Source: Candidatus Deferrimicrobiaceae bacterium
GTDB taxonomy: Bacteria; Desulfobacterota; Deferrimicrobia; Deferrimicrobiales; Deferrimicrobiaceae
Length of the DNA: 64,000 nucleotides
Assembly (NCBI GenBank): GCA_963792415.1
Contig: CAWBVY010000004.1
Coordinates: 544,001-608,000 of the forward strand
Direction: 5' to 3'
Shown one piece after another: positions 58,365 to 64,000 of this stretch. Below the pieces are notes generated by a model. The model searched no databases. It had not been told where the DNA came from and was given only the letters and a program-made list of their open reading frames with translations. The translations under genes were made by a program, and so were the position numbers. How positions within the stretch are numbered: position 1 is the first letter of the stretch; each line of letters starts with the position of its first letter.

Positions 58365-59361
58365 CGCGCCGCTGGTCCTGCTCGGGCTCGTGATCGTCGC
58401 GGCCCTCGCGTTCGACTTCATCAACGGCTTCCACGACACGGCGAACGCCATCGCGACGTGCATCTCCACGCGGGCGCTGTCGATCCGGAACGCCATCCTG
58501 ATGGCGGCGGGGCTCAACTTCCTGGGCGCCTTCATCTCCACCCACGTGGCGACGACGATCGGCAAGGGAATCGTCGACCCCTCGGACGTCACCCAGATCG
58601 TGGTCCTGTCGGCCCTGGCCGGGGCGATCTTCTGGGACCTGCTCACCTGGCATTACGGCATCCCGGCCTCGTCGTCCCACGCGATCATCGGGGGGCTGAT
58701 CGGGGCGGTGGTCGCCTCTCGGGGCTTCCACCCGCTCCAGTGGAGCGGGATCTCGAAGATCCTGGTCGCCATCGTCGTCTCCCCCGTCGTGGGGACGCTC
58801 TTCGCGTTCCTCATGATGGTCGTCATCTACTGGGTCTTCCGGAGACATCACCCCTCTCCGCTCAACCGCGCCTTCCGGAAGCTGCAGATCTTCTCGGCCG
58901 CCTTCATGGCCTTCTCCCACGGGTCGAACGACGCCCAGAAATCGATGGGGGTGATCACGCTCGCCCTCTTCTCCTACGGGGCGATGCCGGTCTTCCACAT
59001 CCCGCTGTGGGTGATCGTTTCCTGCGCCACGGCGATGGCGCTCGGGACCGCGATGGGGGGGTGGCGCATCATCAAGACGGTGGGAAGCGACTTCGTGGAG
59101 CTGCAGCCGGTCCACGGCTTCTGCGCGGAGACGTCGTCGTCGGCCGTCATCCTCACCGCGACCGCGATGGGAATCCCGATCAGCACCACCCACGTCATCA
59201 CCTCGGCGATCCTCGGGGTGGGGCTTTCCCAGGGGCGGAAGAAGGTGAACTGGAAGGTGGGGATCCGGATCGTCTGGGCCTGGATCCTGACGATCCCGGC
59301 CTCCGCCGCCGCGGGGTATTTCGCCTTCCGTATCCTCTCCCCCTTCCTCGTCAAACTGTAA
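58357..59361 (+). CDS. pit: PiT-family inorganic phosphate transporter
   Basis: NGFHDTANAIAT, SSSHAIIGG, HGSNDAQKSMG, PISTTH. Confidence 0.95.
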   Translation: MPDAPLVLLGLVIVAALAFDFINGFHDTANAIATCISTRALSIRNAILMAAGLNFLGAFISTHVATTIGKGIVDPSDVTQIVVLSALAGAIFWDLLTWHYGIPASSSHAIIGGLIGAVVASRGFHPLQWSGISKILVAIVVSPVVGTLFAFLMMVVIYWVFRRHHPSPLNRAFRKLQIFSAAFMAFSHGSNDAQKSMGVITLALFSYGAMPVFHIPLWVIVSCATAMALGTAMGGWRIIKTVGSDFVELQPVHGFCAETSSSAVILTATAMGIPISTTHVITSAILGVGLSQGRKKVNWKVGIRIVWAWILTIPASAAAGYFAFRILSPFLVKL

Positions 59362-59384
59362 ACCGCACGAACGGGAGGTCCCTC

Positions 59385-59798
59385 ATGATCCGCAGGATCC
59401 AGCACATCGGCATTGCCGTCCGCAGCCTCGGGGAGGCGATCCCCTTCTACCGGGACGTCCTCGGGCTGGAGCTGGTCGGGACCGAGGAGGTGGCGGACCA
59501 GAGGATCCGCGCCGCCGTCTTCCGCGTGGGGGAAAGCACGATCGAGGTGATCGAGTCGACCGCCCCCGACGGCCCGGTCGGGAAGTTCCTCGAGAAGAAC
59601 GGCGAGGGGATCCACCACCTCTGCTTCGAGGTGGAGGACGCCGCCGCCGCCCTCTCCCACGCGAAGGGGAAGGGGGTCCGGCTCATCGACGAGATCCCCC
59701 GGCCGGGGGTCCACGGGATGCGGATCGGCTTCCTCCACCCGAAGTCGACCTTCGGCGTGCTGACGGAGTTCGCGCAGACAAGGGACGAGGGACATTGA
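59385..59798 (+). CDS. mce: Methylmalonyl-CoA epimerase (VOC family)
   Basis: HIGIAV, GEGIHHLCF, FLHPKSTFGVLTE; GGAGG RBS. Confidence 0.9.
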   Translation: MIRRIQHIGIAVRSLGEAIPFYRDVLGLELVGTEEVADQRIRAAVFRVGESTIEVIESTAPDGPVGKFLEKNGEGIHHLCFEVEDAAAALSHAKGKGVRLIDEIPRPGVHGMRIGFLHPKSTFGVLTEFAQTRDEGH

Positions 59799-61930
59799 GC
59801 AGACCTGGCCCCGCGCCGTCCCGGCGCACTCTCCTCCTGTGCCTCCACAACCACCAGCCGGTGGGGAACTTCGACTCCGTGATCGGGGACGCGGCGCGCG
59901 ACGCGTACCTGCCGTTCCTCGAGACCCTCGCCGATTTCCCGTCGGTCAAGGTCACGATCCACTTCTCCGGCTTCCTGCTCCGGTGGCTGGCCGAACGGTC
60001 TCCCGGGACGTTTTCGCTCCTGAAGCTCCTGTCCGACCGGGGGCAGGCGGAAATGATGGGCGGGGGGATGTACGAGCCGATCCTCGCGCTGCTGCCGGAA
60101 CGGGACCGCCTGGGACAGATCGAGGCGCTCGCGGCCGAGGTGACGCGGCTCTTCGGGAAGGCGCCGGAGGGGGTCTGGCTCGCCGAGCGCGTGTGGGAGC
60201 CGGACCTGCCCGCCACGCTCGCGGCGGCGGGGGCGAAATACCTTCCACTGGACGATTACCACTTCGTGCGGGCGGGTCTTTCGCCCGGGGAACTGGACGG
60301 TGTCTACCTCACCGAATACAACGGCGCCTCCGTGCGCGTCTTCCCCGGGAGCGAGCGTCTCCGGTACATGATTCCGTTCTGGGACGTGGGGGAAACGCTG
60401 CGGGAGATCGAGCGGCTGACCTCCCGCGCGGTGCCGTACCCGGCGGCGATCTTCGCCGACGACGGCGAGAAATTCGGCGTCTGGCCCGGGACGCACCGCA
60501 GCGTCTACGGGGAAGGGTGGCTTCGCCGCTTTTTCGGGGGGGTCGCGGAGCGCGCGGATTGGCTCACGACGATGACGTTCGGGGAGTACGTTTCCCTGGC
60601 GCCCGCGCGGGGAACGGTCTACCTGCCCACCTGCTCCTACGCCGAGATGGGCGAGTGGGCCCTGCCGCCGCGCGCCGCCGCGCGGTTCGGCGACCTGCTT
60701 CATGACCTCCGCGAGGGCAGGATGGCCGAGATGAAGCCGTTCCTCCAGGGCGGATATTTCCGGAATTTCCTGCGCAAGTACGACGAGTCGAACCAGCTCC
60801 ACAAGCGGATGCTGTGGGTGAGCGATCGCGTCGCGGCGTCGCGGCGGTTGCGGCCGGCCCGCGGGCGCGCGGGATGCGACTTCCTCTACCGGGCACAGAG
60901 CAACGACGTCTACTGGCACGGCGTCTTCGGAGGGCTCTACCTCAACCACCTGCGCGAGGCGGCGTACGCGAACCTCCTCCGTGCCGAGGCGGCGTCCGAC
61001 GCGGTCCTGCACGAAGGGGAGGCACATTGGACCGAGGCGGCGCGCGGGGACATCGACCGGGACGGCGGGGAGGAACTGCTGCTGAAGACGGCGGGGCTGA
61101 CCCTCCTCGCCCACGCCCATGACGGCGGCGCGGTGACGGAGATCTCCCTCCCCCGGCGGGCGGTGGCGCTCGGGCACGTGCTGACGCGGCGGGAGGAGGG
61201 ATACCACGAGAAGTTCCGCCGGGCGGTCGGGTCGTTCGACGGCTCCACGAGCATCCACGACGCCATGGTCTTGAAAGACCCCTCGGTTCTGTCCGCCCTC
61301 GGTGTCGACCCGTGGCAGCGGGCCTCCTTCCGGGAGGCGTATTACGGCGACGGGGATCTCCCCGAGGCGATCCTTGAAGGTGCGGCCGCCCCCCGTGGTT
61401 TCACCGCGGGTCGGGAGGCGTCCGTCACGGTCCTGCGGCGGGGCGGCCGCCTGGCCGCGGAGTTCTCGGTGCCCCTCGGGGAGGAAGGAGTCGATCTCCA
61501 CCTGGTGAAGACACTGGTTCTGCCCGGGAGCGGGGAGCGGTTCGAGGCGCGTTTTCTGCTCGAAAACCGGGGCGCCGGGACGGTGTCCGGGACATTCTGT
61601 TCGGAGTGGAACCTGAACCTGCTGTCGGGGAGCGGGCCGGACCGGTATTACGAGGGGATGGGCGAAGCGCGCGACCTTTCCTCTTCCGGGGTCGCGAAGG
61701 GGGTGCGCGCTTTCCGCGTCGTGGACGCATGGCGGAACGTGGCCGCCGAAGCGGCCCTCGACCGGGAGTGCGTCGTGCTGCGGGAGCCGGTGGAAACGGC
61801 ATCCCTTTCCGAGTCGGGGGCGGAGAAGATCCACCAGGGGGTCTGCCTGCGGATTCTCTTCCCCGTCCGGCTGGAGCCGCGACACCGGGAACGGTGCTCG
61901 ATCCACTGGTCGTTCAAATCCGTTGATTGA
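59795..61930 (+). CDS. GH57 alpha-amylase/4-alpha-glucanotransferase (DUF1925/DUF1926-type C-terminus)
   Basis: HNHQPVGNF, GGMYEP, WLAERVWEP, DDGEKFGVWP, YWHGVFGGLY. Confidence 0.93.
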   Translation: MSRPGPAPSRRTLLLCLHNHQPVGNFDSVIGDAARDAYLPFLETLADFPSVKVTIHFSGFLLRWLAERSPGTFSLLKLLSDRGQAEMMGGGMYEPILALLPERDRLGQIEALAAEVTRLFGKAPEGVWLAERVWEPDLPATLAAAGAKYLPLDDYHFVRAGLSPGELDGVYLTEYNGASVRVFPGSERLRYMIPFWDVGETLREIERLTSRAVPYPAAIFADDGEKFGVWPGTHRSVYGEGWLRRFFGGVAERADWLTTMTFGEYVSLAPARGTVYLPTCSYAEMGEWALPPRAAARFGDLLHDLREGRMAEMKPFLQGGYFRNFLRKYDESNQLHKRMLWVSDRVAASRRLRPARGRAGCDFLYRAQSNDVYWHGVFGGLYLNHLREAAYANLLRAEAASDAVLHEGEAHWTEAARGDIDRDGGEELLLKTAGLTLLAHAHDGGAVTEISLPRRAVALGHVLTRREEGYHEKFRRAVGSFDGSTSIHDAMVLKDPSVLSALGVDPWQRASFREAYYGDGDLPEAILEGAAAPRGFTAGREASVTVLRRGGRLAAEFSVPLGEEGVDLHLVKTLVLPGSGERFEARFLLENRGAGTVSGTFCSEWNLNLLSGSGPDRYYEGMGEARDLSSSGVAKGVRAFRVVDAWRNVAAEAALDRECVVLREPVETASLSESGAEKIHQGVCLRILFPVRLEPRHRERCSIHWSFKSVD

Positions 61931-62003
61931 CAAATCATAAAACGGTATGTTGTGTCCAAACGTAGTTCACTGGGGGCGGGCCACACCCGCAAGGAGGGGG
62001 CGA

Positions 62004-63300
62004 ATGAGGGGATGGAGGATGGTAGCGGTGGTTCTGGTCCTGCTGTTCACGGCGTCGACGTCGTTCGCTGGCGGGTTCCGGCTCCCGGAGCAAGGCGCCA
62101 AGGCGATGGGAATGGGGTTCGCGTTCACGGCGCAGGCGGACGATCCGTCCGCGATCTACTTCAACCCCGCGGGGCTCACGCAGCTCAAGGGGAACAACGT
62201 CATGGTCGGCGCGTCGTACGTGCGGTTGAACGGCGGGGAGTTCACCGGGACGACTCCGGTGGACGACTTCACCACCGGATTCACCACCGTAAAAAATGAG
62301 ACCCAGAAGACCCTACACTTATTCATCCCCAACGCGTATTACACGAAGACCACCTCTGACGGGTATTTCGCCTACGGCGTCGGGGTCTTTGCCCCGTTCG
62401 GCCTGGGGCAGGAGTACGAAAACAACCACTCGAGCATCTTCCGGAACCAGGTCACGAAGATCGACCTTCAGACGGTCGTCGTAAACCCGACGATCGCGTT
62501 CAAGGTGAACGAGGTCCTGTCCATCGGCCTCGGGATCGACTGGATGTACGGGAAGGCGAACCTGAGGAAGACTCCCTGGAATCCCGCACTCATCCCCGCC
62601 GGTCAGAACGGGAACGTCTTCGATCTCGAGCTGGATGGAGACGGGGACGCGTGGGGGTACAACTTCGGGGTCCTCCTGAAGCCCACGGAAAACTTCCGGA
62701 TCGGCGCCAACTACCGCAGCCCGTTCACCCTCAAGATCAAGGAAGGGGACGTGACCGTCTCCAACGTCAGCGCGGGAGCCCCCGCGTATGCCGCGGCGAA
62801 CGGAACGAAAGGGGACACGACCATCGGGATGCCCGCCACCTTCGCCCTCGGGGCTTCGTATACGATGGGCAAGCTGACGGTGAACGCCGACGCGGACTGG
62901 ACCTTCTGGTCCTCCTACAGCAGTCTGCCGATCAATTTCGACGAGCCCGTTTCTGCCGGACACCAATGCGGCCAAGAACTGGAAGGATGTCATCGCGTTC
63001 CGCCTCGGGACGGAGTACCGGGTGACCGCCCCGCTTTCCTTGCGGGCGGGCTTCGTCTACGACCCGAGCCCGGCCCCCGCATCCACGATGGGGCCGGAGC
63101 TTCCGGACGCGGACAAGTTGGACTACATGGTCGGCGTGGGGTACAAGATCGGTGCGTGGACGATCGACGTCGCCGGCATGTACGTCGACAAGAAGGACCG
63201 CACCGTCAACAACCAGAACAACGCGGCATTGACCGGGTTCAACGGGACCTGGACCGGAGACTCCTGGCTGGCGGGGCTGGATATCGCGTACAATTTCTAG
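62004..63300 (+). pseudogene. OmpP1/FadL-family outer membrane transporter, frameshifted near 62945
   Basis: Signal peptide, ADDPSAIYFNPAG, APFGL. C-terminal part (NWKDVIAFRLG, LRAGFVYDPSP, terminal IAYNF) is in the next frame. Confidence 0.88.
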
Positions 63301-63311
63301 GCGGACGCGCG

Positions 63312-63341
63312 GCGGGGAGGGGCCGGGAGGTCCCTCCCCGC
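63312..63341. terminator. Stem-loop between convergent genes
   Basis: gcggggaggg/ccctccccgc 10-bp stem. Confidence 0.55.
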
Positions 63342-63347
63342 ATGCGG

Positions 63348-63827
63348 TCAGAGCGCGGCGAGTTCCTTCTCGATCAGCTGGACGTGGTTCCGCTCGAACC
63401 CCACGAGGAAGTCGAACACCTTCTTCAGCTCCGGGTCCTTCATCTTCGCCGACGCATCGCTGAAGAGGGTGAACGCCTCCTTCTCCAGCCCCAGCGCCAT
63501 CTCCAGGACCTCGCGCTTCGTCGCGACCCCCCGGATCCGGGAGAGCAGCTCCTTGTGCGTCTCCTGCACGAGCTCGTCGATGTCCGGCAGCCCCTCCTTG
63601 CTCAGGATGTCCTTGTAGGGCGCCCACATCTCGGACCGGACGTTCCGGTCGTAGAGGTCTTCGAGCGACAGGAAGTGCCCCTTCTCGTCGTTGGCCAGCT
63701 TGTGGAGCGTGTCCTGGAGCCCCTTCTCCTTCACGATGGCCCCGGCGTGCTTGTAGAAAACGTACGCCGCGATCTCGGCGCTGATGCCAAGGTTGATGAA
63801 TTTCAGCGCGTCTTCGGTAAATTGCAT
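63348..63827 (-). CDS. Ferritin-like/rubrerythrin family protein
   Basis: E..AY.FY, LANDEKGH, ALGLEKEA, L..FERNH diiron motifs; GGAGGA RBS. Confidence 0.88.
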   Translation of the reverse strand: MQFTEDALKFINLGISAEIAAYVFYKHAGAIVKEKGLQDTLHKLANDEKGHFLSLEDLYDRNVRSEMWAPYKDILSKEGLPDIDELVQETHKELLSRIRGVATKREVLEMALGLEKEAFTLFSDASAKMKDPELKKVFDFLVGFERNHVQLIEKELAAL

Positions 63828-63880
63828 TTTGTGCGTCCTCCGCTGTTGATGGATACCCTTTTCTACCACAAATCCGCTTC

Positions 63881-63899
63881 GGTCGGCCACCGGCCGACC
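63881..63899 (-). promoter_or_regulatory. Putative bacterial SECIS hairpin
   Basis: ggtcggcc-ggt-ggccgacc on the minus strand, starting 11 nt after the in-frame UGA at 63911-63913. Confidence 0.65.
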
Positions 63900-63901
63900 C
63901 G

Positions 63902-64000
63902 TCAGACCCCTCAGCTTCCGCCGTAGCCGACGGTCGCCTTCCCCCCCTCCAGCACGACCGGCACGTCCCGGCGGCCGCCGACGAGCCGCAGCATCTCGGA
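63902..64000 (-). CDS. 3' end of a glutaredoxin-like UXX-star family (seleno)protein, partial
   Basis: ...EMLRLVGGRRDVPVVLEGGKATVGYGGS-UGA-GV-UGA; Grx-like VP motif and U-x-x-stop ending. Confidence 0.75.

Noticed and set aside
61924-61937. TGATT-N4-AATCA palindrome at the fadL-like promoter as an FNR site
   Set aside because: Does not match TTGAT-N4-ATCAA; 5-bp arms in an AT-rich promoter are too weak to call.
61947-63926. 659-aa ORF as a single fusion protein
   Set aside because: After about 62945 it leaves the FadL frame and runs antisense over the ferritin-like gene; a frameshift product.

Overview
A GC-rich bacterial chromosomal segment. Gene content (c3-type cytochrome, rubredoxin/FprA, sigma54 regulation, UXX-star selenoprotein) points to an anaerobic Deltaproteobacteria-like organism, possibly a Deferrimicrobium/MBNT15-type MAG; that assignment is inference. 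In order: (1) 1-19.6 kb surface polysaccharide locus with AsnB-like amidotransferase, GT4, a PglC/D/E/F-like bacillosamine set, an SLBB-YjbH export module, ugd, rmlC/D/B, VanZ, etfBA and WbpA/WbpP-like genes; (2) ttuB-ttuA-trmI tRNA modification operon, a cytochrome c lipoprotein, an AEC transporter and lutABC with a 180-bp MITE in the lutA 5' end; (3) a NifA-like activator with a TGT-N10-ACA site and sigma54 promoter upstream of porin-amtB-glnK; (4) DHS-like, exonuclease, rubredoxin/FprA and cobO genes; (5) a ~21-kb phosphate/polyphosphate cluster (CHAD, tandem thymidylate-kinase-like pair, ppx, ppk2, sixA, poly-Lys microprotein, orphan ParA, pstSCAB-phoU, phoBR, DAGK-ArsC fusion, glpQ, DUF47-pit); (6) mce, GH57, FadL-like, ferritin-like genes and the 3' end of a selenoprotein with a SECIS-like hairpin. 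No rRNA, tRNA or CRISPR array was seen. The best candidate for an undescribed system is the ParA + poly-lysine partner (a possible polyphosphate-granule positioning system) with the linked TMK-like pair. Several genes appear leaderless or CTG-initiated. Six apparent +1 frameshifts probably reflect assembly error. All family calls come from motif recognition, not database searches.
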